This document shows, in pieces, positions 14,935 through 23,699 of a stretch of 64,000 nucleotides of DNA. Numbering within the stretch: the stretch's first letter is position 1; every line of letters begins with the position of its first letter. Source of the DNA: a virus. A program made the position numbers and the translations under genes. The notes below the pieces were generated by a model. It ran no database searches. It saw only the letters and a list, made by a program, of their open reading frames with translations, and was not told where the DNA came from. The stretch spans positions 1 through 64,000 of the IMG/VR virus record IMGVR_UViG_3300025875_000007. The stretch is one strand, 5' to 3'.

Positions 14935-15833
14935 CAGGAATTGCAGGATTCGTTACTCGTGCAGCTGCTGGCCTCCGCGCTCCTAAATCAATTAGTCGAA
15001 AGATCACGCCCCAGCATGGTGGGGTTGCGCCGCACTATGGTGGTCCGCGTCAGCCTGCTGCTTCTTCTGGTGCAGATCATGCATCGTGTATCAGCACATG
15101 GCGTAACTGGCAAAAGTATCACATGGACACACACGGTTGGGCCGACATTGCCTACACCGGTGGTTTCTGTAATCATGGCTATGCATTCGCGGGGCGAGGC
15201 GCTGGTGTTCGTACTGCAGCTAACGGAACCAACACCGGCAACCAGAACTTCTATGCCGTGGTTTGGATCGGAGGCGAGGGTCAGGAGCCCACGAAGGAGG
15301 CTATTGACGCTCTAGATTGGTGGGTTAGCGAGCTTCGTAAGTCCGGAGCAGGAACGGCGGTCAAGCCACATCGATGGTTTAAGTCGACAGGGTGTCCTGG
15401 TGATCCCCTTGTAGGCTATGCTTCCAGTCGAGATGGTAAGGCCGTCCCCACAACTGCCATTACTCCGCCTACTCCTCCAGCTCCTCCAGGAGTTGATCGA
15501 GAGAAGACTAAGCAGATTCAAACCCTGCTAAAGCTGACGGCGGATGGTCTTTGGGGTAACGACACCGAAAAGCGTGCCGACCTCATGGTCAAGGCCAGCC
15601 GAGCTATCGTTGGATACCCAGTCAAGACTCCGGCTGCGTATGACATCGCTAGTGTTCAGTACGTCGTCGGTTCAAAGACCGACGGCATCTGGGGACCTAA
15701 ATCTCGTGCCGCACTCATCGAGTGGGTGAAGAAGATGCAGCGGGTTCTTGCACAAACAGCCGATGGTTCTTGGGGCCCCCGGACTGATCACGCGTTCAAC
15801 GTAGTTCGTCAAGCAAACAAAGGCCGGTTCTAG
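14931..15833 (+). CDS. N-acetylmuramoyl-L-alanine amidase (PGRP/Amidase_2) with PG-binding repeats; endolysin
   Basis: GWADIAYTGGFCNHG and STGCPGDPL are amidase_2 motifs. The C-terminal repeats ADGLWGNDT, TDGIWGPKS and ADGSWGPRT resemble PG_binding_1. Confidence 0.8.
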   Translation: MTGIAGFVTRAAAGLRAPKSISRKITPQHGGVAPHYGGPRQPAASSGADHASCISTWRNWQKYHMDTHGWADIAYTGGFCNHGYAFAGRGAGVRTAANGTNTGNQNFYAVVWIGGEGQEPTKEAIDALDWWVSELRKSGAGTAVKPHRWFKSTGCPGDPLVGYASSRDGKAVPTTAITPPTPPAPPGVDREKTKQIQTLLKLTADGLWGNDTEKRADLMVKASRAIVGYPVKTPAAYDIASVQYVVGSKTDGIWGPKSRAALIEWVKKMQRVLAQTADGSWGPRTDHAFNVVRQANKGRF

Positions 15834-15855
15834 TTGTCAAAATGGGAGGTGACTC

Positions 15856-16479
15856 GTGAGCGATAGTATTCTAATCAGTACCAAGAAGGCTCTGGACGTT
15901 CCAGAAAACTATGATGTCTTCGACCAAAACATCATTATGCACATCAACAGCGTGTTCTCAACTCTGTCTCAGCTTGGTATTGGTCCCGAAGAGGGATTTG
16001 AGATTGAGGATGACACTTCACTGTGGAGTCACTTCCTTGGCGGCAACGCAAAGTTCAACTTTGTAAAGACTTACATGTTCCTGCAAGTCAAGTTGCTCTT
16101 TGATCCTCCTGGTACATCGTTTCTTCAAGATTCAATCAAGGAGAAGATCAAAGAACTTGAGTATCGAATTGTTACCGAGGTAGAAACGCGTTCAACAAGA
16201 ATTAAGAGCGCGTTTAAGAGAATTAGTGCGAACCGTGGTGACGAACTTCGAGTTCATGTCGCAAATCCTGCAGGAAAAACTTATATCGATGATGCGGGAT
16301 CATACGAGGCGGTCTTTGTGCCATTGGGTGGGACGCGGGAAAGAAGCGCTAGTCTTGACACATCAAACAAGGCTAGAGGTGTTTTGTATCTAATGGTCAA
16401 TGTTGAAGACGGCACGTATACAGTTCGCAGGTTAAGTCCTAGGCGTACTATTCTCGTACTCGAGGTGAATGCAGAATGA
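15856..16479 (+). CDS. hypothetical structural-module protein (N-terminus resembles gp6-type head-tail connector)
   Basis: GTG after [40 protein letters not shown] resembles connector N-termini. Confidence 0.5.
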   Translation: MSDSILISTKKALDVPENYDVFDQNIIMHINSVFSTLSQLGIGPEEGFEIEDDTSLWSHFLGGNAKFNFVKTYMFLQVKLLFDPPGTSFLQDSIKEKIKELEYRIVTEVETRSTRIKSAFKRISANRGDELRVHVANPAGKTYIDDAGSYEAVFVPLGGTRERSASLDTSNKARGVLYLMVNVEDGTYTVRRLSPRRTILVLEVNAE

Positions 16480-17771
16480 GTGGGTTTTTAGAACCACAGG
16501 TGGAAGTGTCGATTGACGGTCAGGAAGGACCTCCGGGGCCCATGGGACCACCAGGTCCTGCCGGGCCTCCCGGTTCTGATGGACCTCCTGGTCCTACTGG
16601 AGCAGATTCAACGATTCCAGGTCCACAAGGTCCACAAGGTCCTAGTGGGCCTCCTGGTCCTGAGGGTCTTGAGGGCGCGCCGGGACCCACGGGTGCCGAT
16701 TCAACCGTTCCGGGCCCTGCCGGTCCGGAAGGCCCCGAGGGTCCTCCAGGTCCTGCTGGTGCTGATTCAACTGTTCCGGGTCCCGCTGGTCCGGAAGGTC
16801 CTGAGGGTCCTGCCGGTCCCGAAGGTCCTACAGGTCCTGCTGGTGCTGACTCAACTGTTCCGGGTCCTGCTGGTCCAACGGGTCCCGAAGGTCCTGCAGG
16901 TCCTGCTGGTGCTGACTCAACGGTTCCGGGTCCTGTTGGTCCAACGGGTCCCGAAGGTCCTGAGGGTCCTGTCGGTCCTGAGGGTCCGGAAGGTCCTCCC
17001 GGACCTGCTGGTGCTGACTCAACTGTTCCGGGTCCTCCTGGTCCCGAAGGTCCGGAGGGCCCCAAAGGAGACACGGGAGATACAGGTCCTCAGGGTCCTC
17101 CCGGTCCTGCGGGAGAAGATGGTACGGGCGGTTCTTCTGGTTACCCCATGGTGGGTGGTTTTAGCGCTCGTGGTCCTGGCGATATTTCTATTGACGCCTG
17201 GGGTCCGATGGCTATGCTTTCAAAGAGCAGCTCTAGCCAGGCGGGAGGACTAGACCAAGGAGGCGCTTTTCTACAGATTGGAAGTGGAACTTCCACTGGA
17301 ACGGCGGTGCAGTATCAAATCAATACCGCCATTGCTCGTCGAGACGCAATGAGTCATTTGACTTTTCGGTTTACACTTGAACAGCTTGTTGCGCAGCGCT
17401 TTGTTCTTGGATTTATGTCTGACTTTTCCGTATCCGTTCTGACTGGTACCTATGCGATTCTTGAGTTCGACACAAACAATAGTGACACCACGTTTAAGTT
17501 CGTTAGCGCTATTACTGGTTCACGTACGGTGGTTGATACATTAGTCTCTCCTGGTCCAGGTAGTATTTTAGATTTAGACATCGAACTTCTTTCGAATGGA
17601 ACAAAGATGTCTCTTACAGATCTATCTGGTGCTGTTTTGGCTACCCATACCTTTGCCGATGCAGAAAGCGTTCCCCCAACCACTCCGCTTGAGATGGGTA
17701 TTGGTATCTTAAATCGGGAGGCCGCAGCCAAGGTGCTCAAGATGTACCGAGGCGTTTTGCGCCATCGATAA
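16476..17771 (+). CDS. collagen-like (Gly-X-Y) repeat protein with a globular C-terminal domain
   Basis: About 200 aa of uninterrupted GPxGPx triplets, punctuated six times by GADST(V/I)PGP, then a ~210-aa non-repetitive domain. Confidence 0.85.
   Translation: MSGFLEPQVEVSIDGQEGPPGPMGPPGPAGPPGSDGPPGPTGADSTIPGPQGPQGPSGPPGPEGLEGAPGPTGADSTVPGPAGPEGPEGPPGPAGADSTVPGPAGPEGPEGPAGPEGPTGPAGADSTVPGPAGPTGPEGPAGPAGADSTVPGPVGPTGPEGPEGPVGPEGPEGPPGPAGADSTVPGPPGPEGPEGPKGDTGDTGPQGPPGPAGEDGTGGSSGYPMVGGFSARGPGDISIDAWGPMAMLSKSSSSQAGGLDQGGAFLQIGSGTSTGTAVQYQINTAIARRDAMSHLTFRFTLEQLVAQRFVLGFMSDFSVSVLTGTYAILEFDTNNSDTTFKFVSAITGSRTVVDTLVSPGPGSILDLDIELLSNGTKMSLTDLSGAVLATHTFADAESVPPTTPLEMGIGILNREAAAKVLKMYRGVLRHR
16524..17130 (+). 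repeat. tandem coding repeats (collagen triplets; GADSTVPGP-containing units)
   Basis: GCTGA(T/C)TCAAC(T/G)GTTCCGGGTCC recurs about every 60-100 nt. Both other frames stay open, which produces shadow ORFs 16513..17253 and 16520..17074(-). Confidence 0.8.
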
Positions 17772-17810
17772 ACAGATCGACTCTAAGACTAGCAGAAAGG
17801 AAGGAGGGTT

Positions 17811-18353
17811 ATGGCCTTTGTAGATGACTTTTTAGAGCATTACGGCACCAAAGGTATGAAGTGGGGCGTTCGAAAGAAGAGTAAGCCTCGTCCAGCTTTC
17901 ATGCCGCCCGTTAAGTCTGGTTCTGGGAAGCCAAAATGGCAGTCGCCTCCGGCTAAAAAGGTTGCTACACCAACACCTTCGGCTCCGAGAAAGGTAAAGC
18001 CAACCCTTTTACCTTTCCAAAAAAAGAAGACGCCAAAGGTTCTCTCCGAGGAAGCGCAGCAGTTCCGCGATATTCGAGCAAAGGCTAAGCGTGATGGTGT
18101 TTCGGCACTGTCCAACAAGGAGCTTGAGCTGATCAATAAGCGCCTCGAGTTGCAGTCGAAGTACAATAAGGCGTTTCCCAAGAAGAAGAATCCTTTTGTG
18201 GAAGTGGCCATCGATGGAATTCTTTCCGACTACGGAACCAAAACCGTTGTTAAATTGGTAAAGGACAAGAACCCCGTGATGGGCCTTGCCGTCGAAGCGG
18301 CGCTGGAGCTCAACAAGCAATCCCGTAAGGGTAACTCGTCTAAGAACAAGTAG
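17811..18353 (+). CDS. Lys-rich protein with N-terminal HYGxxGMKWG motif
   Basis: MAFVDDFLEHYGTKGMKWGVRKKSKPRP. GGAAGGAGGG RBS. Confidence 0.7.
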   Translation: MAFVDDFLEHYGTKGMKWGVRKKSKPRPAFMPPVKSGSGKPKWQSPPAKKVATPTPSAPRKVKPTLLPFQKKKTPKVLSEEAQQFRDIRAKAKRDGVSALSNKELELINKRLELQSKYNKAFPKKKNPFVEVAIDGILSDYGTKTVVKLVKDKNPVMGLAVEAALELNKQSRKGNSSKNK

Positions 18354-18362
18354 GAGGATCGC

Positions 18363-18827
18363 ATGGATGTTTCAGACGCACCTGCTAGTCAGGGAATTAT
18401 GATTGCGTTCCTCCCGACGAATGCTGAATGGTGTAGCATGGAGCTTCCGCATATGACGCTCGTCTATGCGGGAACTACCGATAAGCGAACCCCAAGTGAT
18501 TTCAGCGCACTTGCGAAGGACGCATCAACAGTAGCTATGCTGTTTAGGCCTTTTGTTCTTCCTGTTATGGATCTCGCTGTTTTCGGCGAAGAGGATAAGG
18601 TCGATGTTCTGCGATTTCGTCTAACGCCAGAGCTGCTGGCGGCTAGACGTATTGTCGAAAAGTGGAACATGAGCCAACATTCGTTCAGGCCACATGCAAC
18701 AATTGGTCCAGCACAAACACATGTAGATGTTCGAGATTTTCCTCGAATGGTTCGCTTCGACCGACTCATGGTTGGTTGGGGCAACGAACATTTGACGTTT
18801 AATCTGAACAATAGATACGAGGATTGA
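18363..18827 (+). CDS. 2H phosphoesterase superfamily protein (LigT-like / Acb1-like)
   Basis: Two H-x-T motifs at the expected spacing: PHMTLVY and RPHATIGP. 154 aa. Confidence 0.65.
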   Translation: MDVSDAPASQGIMIAFLPTNAEWCSMELPHMTLVYAGTTDKRTPSDFSALAKDASTVAMLFRPFVLPVMDLAVFGEEDKVDVLRFRLTPELLAARRIVEKWNMSQHSFRPHATIGPAQTHVDVRDFPRMVRFDRLMVGWGNEHLTFNLNNRYED

Positions 18828-18841
18828 AGGGAGGGTTGGCG

Positions 18842-20590
18842 ATGGGTTTATCTAATACCGCAGTACCAAGATATTACGGTGAGTTTCGAGATGCAGTTCT
18901 AGATGGCGAGATTCCTGTAAATCGGGAAATCGCACTAGAGATGAATCGTATTGATGCACTCATCGCCAACCCGAACATCTATTACGACGACATGGCAGTG
19001 GAAGGTTTCATTCTCTATTGTGAGAAAGAACTTACCCTGACTGATGGAGGTGATCTGAATCTGCTCCCCTCATTCAAGGTGTGGGCGGAGCAAATCTTTG
19101 GCTGGTACTACTTCGTTGAGCGAAGTGTGTATGAGCCAGACCCAGACAACCGAGGCGGACGCTACGTCACCAAGACGATCCGAAAGCGTCTGACCACCAA
19201 GCAGTACTTGATTGTGGCTCGTGGAGCCGCCAAGTCCATGTATGCCGCTTGCATTCAGGCATACTACTTGAATGTTGATACAGACACCACGCACCAAATT
19301 ACAACTGCGCCAACCATGAAGCAGGCCGACGAGGTTATGTCGCCGTTTCGAACTGCGATTGTTCGTGCTCGAGGTCCTCTCTTCAAGTTCCTCACTGAGG
19401 GCTCGATGCAGAATACAACGGGCTCTAAGGCGATGCGTGTGAAGCTCGCATCGACAAAGAAGGGTATCGAGAACTTCCTTACGGGATCGATTCTCGAGAT
19501 CCGACCGATGGCAATCAACAAACTTCAGGGACTCCGTCCCAAAGTGTCCACAATCGATGAGTGGCTTTCGGGCGACCTTCGTGAGGATGTCGTTGGTGCG
19601 GTCGAACAGGGCGCGTCGAAGCTTGACGATTACCTTATTGTGGCTATCAGTTCCGAGGGTACTGTCCGTAACGGATCTGGTGACACAATCAAGATGGAGT
19701 TGGCTGACATCCTCAAGGGTGACTATCTTGCTCCTCATATTTCGATCTGGCACTACAAGCTTGATGAGCTGGAAGAAGTAAACGAGCCCGAGACATGGTT
19801 GAAGGCCAACCCCAATTTGGGAAAGACCGTCACTTACGAGACGTATCATTTGGATGTTGAGCGAGCTGAGAAGGCTCCTGCATCACGTAACGATATTCTC
19901 GCTAAGCGATTCGGTATTCCTATGGAGGGGTACACATACTTCTTCACGTACGAGGAGACTCTCCCCGACGAGCGCAAGCGAAGCTTCTGGAACATGCCTT
20001 GTTCTTTGGGTGCTGACCTTTCTCAGGGTGATGACTTCTGTGCATTCACTTTCCTGTTCCCGCTCTCTCGTGGAGCATTTGGCGTTAAGACTCGCAGCTA
20101 TATCACCTCTCTAACGTTAATGAAGCTACCGGGTGCTATGCGAGCAAAGTATGAAGAGTTTATCCGAGAGGGTAGCCTTCACGTTCTTGAAGGCACCATC
20201 CTTGACATGATGGATGTGTATGACGATCTCGATCGTTATATTCAGCATGAAAATTGGGATGTGCGAACCTTCGGATTTGACCCATACAACGCCAAGGAAT
20301 TTGTTGCACGTTGGGAAACCGAGAACGGCCCCTTTGGCATCGAGAAGGTTATTCAGGGAGCTCGGACGGAATCAGTTCCTCTGGGCGAGCTTAAGATTCT
20401 TGCCTCGGAAGGGCTGCTTCTCTTCGACCAGTCGTTGATGCAGTTTGCTATGGGTAACGCCATCACGCTTGAAGACACAAACGGTAACCGAAAGCTTCTT
20501 AAGAAGCGACAAGACGAGAAGATTGATAATGTGGCGGCCCTTATGGATGCCTACATTGCATGGAAGGCCAACAAGGAGGCGTTTGAGTAA
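18842..20590 (+). CDS. terminase large subunit
   Basis: Size and position upstream of the portal. P-loop-like VARGAAKS. ATG 18842 follows AAGGGAGGG; the track ORF opens at TTG 18824. Confidence 0.85.
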   Translation: MGLSNTAVPRYYGEFRDAVLDGEIPVNREIALEMNRIDALIANPNIYYDDMAVEGFILYCEKELTLTDGGDLNLLPSFKVWAEQIFGWYYFVERSVYEPDPDNRGGRYVTKTIRKRLTTKQYLIVARGAAKSMYAACIQAYYLNVDTDTTHQITTAPTMKQADEVMSPFRTAIVRARGPLFKFLTEGSMQNTTGSKAMRVKLASTKKGIENFLTGSILEIRPMAINKLQGLRPKVSTIDEWLSGDLREDVVGAVEQGASKLDDYLIVAISSEGTVRNGSGDTIKMELADILKGDYLAPHISIWHYKLDELEEVNEPETWLKANPNLGKTVTYETYHLDVERAEKAPASRNDILAKRFGIPMEGYTYFFTYEETLPDERKRSFWNMPCSLGADLSQGDDFCAFTFLFPLSRGAFGVKTRSYITSLTLMKLPGAMRAKYEEFIREGSLHVLEGTILDMMDVYDDLDRYIQHENWDVRTFGFDPYNAKEFVARWETENGPFGIEKVIQGARTESVPLGELKILASEGLLLFDQSLMQFAMGNAITLEDTNGNRKLLKKRQDEKIDNVAALMDAYIAWKANKEAFE

Positions 20591-21144
20591 TGATACTCAA
20601 TGAAACCAAACCGCCTCTGGCGGAGGCTGTGGACCTGGCACACTACGGAGTGCCAGGCATGAAGTGGGGGCGTCGTAAGGGTCGTTCGTCTAACGACGAG
20701 GACTATGACGATATGCTTGAGCAGGAGAGACACGAACGCAACAAGCGAATTGTTGCTGGAAGCGCTCTTGCTGCCGTTGGCGCGGTTGCTACGGTAGCCG
20801 TTCTACATAAGACCGGCGTTGTTAAAATCAATCCCGATCTCATTGCTAAGGGCAAGGAAGCCGCAGCTAAGCTTCGCGAGTCATCTGAGAAAGAGACAAC
20901 TCGCGGTAAGATTCCGTTCAACGCGGCTGCTGACGCATATAAAAAGTCTCGTGAACGGTACAAAGATTCTGACTTTGCAAAGCGTACGTTCGAGCCCGAT
21001 CGTGCTAACCCTCTTTGGCGCGTTGATAAAACAAAGACTCCGTTAGCTACCAGTCTTGCCGACGTGCTTTTGGGTAGAGGTGTTCACACGATTCACACAT
21101 TAAACAACGACGTTTGGGCCACTCCAGTCGGCAGAAAGAGGTGA
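20590..21144 (+). CDS. protein with HYGxxGMKWG motif and one TM
   Basis: LAHYGVPGMKWGRRKGRSSN. TM IVAGSALAAVGAVATVAVL. It lies between terminase and portal. Confidence 0.7.
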   Translation: MILNETKPPLAEAVDLAHYGVPGMKWGRRKGRSSNDEDYDDMLEQERHERNKRIVAGSALAAVGAVATVAVLHKTGVVKINPDLIAKGKEAAAKLRESSEKETTRGKIPFNAAADAYKKSRERYKDSDFAKRTFEPDRANPLWRVDKTKTPLATSLADVLLGRGVHTIHTLNNDVWATPVGRKR

Positions 21145-21147
21145 CGT

Positions 21148-22506
21148 ATGGCAGTACTAGGTACTCTTAGGCACGCCTGGAATGCGTTCCTCGACCAGCC
21201 GGGTCCAGATCCAGTTCGTGGTAACGCGCTGTCGAATTCGAGCTTTGGCATGGCGAGCTATTCGACCCGCCCTGATCGCAGCCCTCGCAATATGTCAAAT
21301 GAGCGATCTCTCGTCTCATCGATTTACACTCGCTTGGGTATCGATGTCGCGTCTATCGAAATGCGGCATGTTCGACTGGATGATAACGGCCGGTTCGCTG
21401 AGGAAATTGACAGTGGACTCAATAACTGTCTCAAGCTCGAGGCGAACATCGACCAGGCCGCCAGTCATTTCGTGCAGGATATTGCAAACACCCTCTTCAA
21501 CGAAGGTATTACTTGTCTTGTTCCGGTAGACACGGATCTGGATCCGTCAGAGTCTTCCGGATTCAACATCAAGACTATTCGTGTGGGCACGGTTGTTCAG
21601 TGGTTCCCTCGCAAGGTTCGGGTCAGTCTTTACAACGACCAAACGGGCCGACGTGAGGAGCTGACGCTAGATAAGAGTTTCGTTTCGATTATTGAGAATC
21701 CGTTCTATGCGGTGATGAACGAGCCGAACTCCACTCTTCAGCGTCTGATCCGGAAGCTCAATATTCTGGACGCCATTGACGAGCAATCTGGTTCTGGAAA
21801 GCTCGACATCATTATCCAGCTGCCGTACGTCGTTAAGTCTGAGGCACGCAAGCAGCAGGCAGAGCAGCGTCGTACGGACATTGAGGTTCAACTCAAGAGC
21901 AGCAAGTATGGTGTGGCTTACACCGATGGCACCGAGAAGATCACGCAGCTTAACCGACCGGTTGAGAATAACCTGCTCGCACAGGTTCAGTATCTGACTG
22001 AGATGCTATATTCTCAGCTCGGTCTGACCAAGGACCTTATTGATGGTAAGGCCACCGAAGAGGTCATGCTCAACTATTACAACCGTACAGTCGAGCCGAT
22101 TGTTCGGGCGATTGTTGAGGGTATGCGTCGATCCTTCCTGACAAAGACCGCTCGTTCTCAGAAGCAGTCTATTCTATATTTCCGTGATCCATTCAAGCTG
22201 GTGCCGGTTGGTAATCTGGCTGAGATTGCGGATAAGCTTGCTCGTAACGAGGTTCTTTCCTCTAACGAGATTCGTGGACTGCTCGGCTTCAAGCCGTCGT
22301 CGGAGCCAAAGGCCGATCAGCTGATCAACGCCAACATGCCGGTGAGTATGACTGGTGTTGGTGGGGCTACTGCTGAGGTTGTCGAGGGCGAGGTTGTTCC
22401 TACTGCTGCCATTGAAGCTGCACCTGCTCCTGAGCCCGCTCCTGATCCTGAGCTCGAAAGTCTTGAACTTGAACTGGAAGGCCTGGAATTGGAGTTGGAG
22501 CAATGA
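21148..22506 (+). CDS. portal protein
   Basis: 452 aa and immediately after the terminase region. Acidic (ELE)n C-terminus. Confidence 0.75.
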   Translation: MAVLGTLRHAWNAFLDQPGPDPVRGNALSNSSFGMASYSTRPDRSPRNMSNERSLVSSIYTRLGIDVASIEMRHVRLDDNGRFAEEIDSGLNNCLKLEANIDQAASHFVQDIANTLFNEGITCLVPVDTDLDPSESSGFNIKTIRVGTVVQWFPRKVRVSLYNDQTGRREELTLDKSFVSIIENPFYAVMNEPNSTLQRLIRKLNILDAIDEQSGSGKLDIIIQLPYVVKSEARKQQAEQRRTDIEVQLKSSKYGVAYTDGTEKITQLNRPVENNLLAQVQYLTEMLYSQLGLTKDLIDGKATEEVMLNYYNRTVEPIVRAIVEGMRRSFLTKTARSQKQSILYFRDPFKLVPVGNLAEIADKLARNEVLSSNEIRGLLGFKPSSEPKADQLINANMPVSMTGVGGATAEVVEGEVVPTAAIEAAPAPEPAPDPELESLELELEGLELELEQ

Positions 22507-23129
22507 GAACGGTAGACGAGTTTCTAACAGACGTTCTTCAGCACGAGTACGACCCGGTTAAGGCTCGCGAGTACTACCTTCGTACTCGAAAGCTTAAGGG
22601 ACGTAAGCGTAAGCGAGTTGAAGAGGACGAAGTTCCTATGAAGTCGCGTACCGGCGCAAAGCTGGTTGACTTCGATGGAGCTAACGGTGGGCGCGCCGTG
22701 TATGAGGACGGCAGCACCTATGATGGTGACGGATGGGATTCCGATACCAAGGGCAAGGGGCGCGGTTTAGATCGCTCCGAGCGATTCAGTAATGTGCAAA
22801 AGGGCATTGACTCTGTTCGAGCCAGTGTGCTTAAGAACATTAAGGATCCTGCCAAGCAAAAGGCTCGGTTGGCTCAGCTTGATGACCTTCAGCGTCGAAC
22901 CAACGCAGCGAAGGCGAAGGCTATTACAACTCGGAAGCCGACCGCTAAGGAAAGTTCCGATGCTCGTGCAGCGGTAAATAAGACTCAAGCCGCCATCAAT
23001 AAGCTTCGTGCTGGCGCAAAAAATTTCAAGAATGAAGCCGCTAGGAACGCGTACTTGGACAAGGTTGATGACATGCAGGAACGTCTCAACAAGACAAAGA
23101 CGCGACTTAAGATGAAGGCTGGGTCTTAA
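22503..23129 (+). CDS. K/R/A-rich helical protein (scaffold or internal-protein candidate), paralog A
   Basis: Its N-terminus DEFLTDVLQHEYDPVKAREYYLRTRKLKGRKRK is shared with the next gene. Confidence 0.65.
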   Translation: MRTVDEFLTDVLQHEYDPVKAREYYLRTRKLKGRKRKRVEEDEVPMKSRTGAKLVDFDGANGGRAVYEDGSTYDGDGWDSDTKGKGRGLDRSERFSNVQKGIDSVRASVLKNIKDPAKQKARLAQLDDLQRRTNAAKAKAITTRKPTAKESSDARAAVNKTQAAINKLRAGAKNFKNEAARNAYLDKVDDMQERLNKTKTRLKMKAGS

Positions 23130-23169
23130 TGCCGAAATACCTACTCGCGACCGAAAGGGGTCTGCGCAG

Positions 23170-23637
23170 ATGACAGACGTCGGAGAGTTCATCGACGATT
23201 TCCTACAGCATGACTACGACCCTGTTAAGGCTCGCGAGTACTACCTTCGTACTCGGAAGCTGAAGGGTCGTGCGGTCAAGAAGGTCAAGCAGCTTGCTGA
23301 CAAGGCCTGGGAGACCGATAAGGAGTACAGCGCAAAGGTCAATAAGGCTGCCGGGCAGCTGAACAGGGATCGAGCCCTGGCTAAGGCTGCTCGTAAAGAG
23401 CGTCTTGCTATGCAGCAGCGCAGGATCGATCAGGCCCGCGCAAAGGCACGCAAGGTCAAGGACCCGAAGAAGCGAGGTCTTGTCGAGAGGAAGCTTGATG
23501 CTCTCGAAAAGCGCCTTAAGAGTGGCTTCGGCAATGCCAAGCTCAGTCGGTCTAAGTCCAAGCCTCTTGGTGACATCAAGCTTGGAAAGCCCAAGAACCC
23601 CTTCGCGGGCGCCAAGCTTAGTCGGACTAAGTCATGA
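23170..23637 (+). CDS. K/R/A-rich helical protein, paralog B
   Basis: N-terminus GEFIDDFLQHDYDPVKAREYYLRTRKLKGRAVKK. A 32-nt DNA stretch is identical to paralog A. Confidence 0.65.
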   Translation: MTDVGEFIDDFLQHDYDPVKAREYYLRTRKLKGRAVKKVKQLADKAWETDKEYSAKVNKAAGQLNRDRALAKAARKERLAMQQRRIDQARAKARKVKDPKKRGLVERKLDALEKRLKSGFGNAKLSRSKSKPLGDIKLGKPKNPFAGAKLSRTKS

Positions 23638-23699
23638 CGAATACGTCCCGCTCCGTCGGAGCATGGGTTATCACCAACAAGTAGGAAGGAACAGCCAAA

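Noticed and set aside
16513-17253. Alternative-frame ORFs over the collagen repeats (16513..17253 +, 16520..17074 -, 16828..17022 -).
   Set aside because: The triplet-repeat DNA keeps all frames open. Only the Gly-X-Y frame continues into a non-repetitive domain and is translationally coupled to its neighbours.
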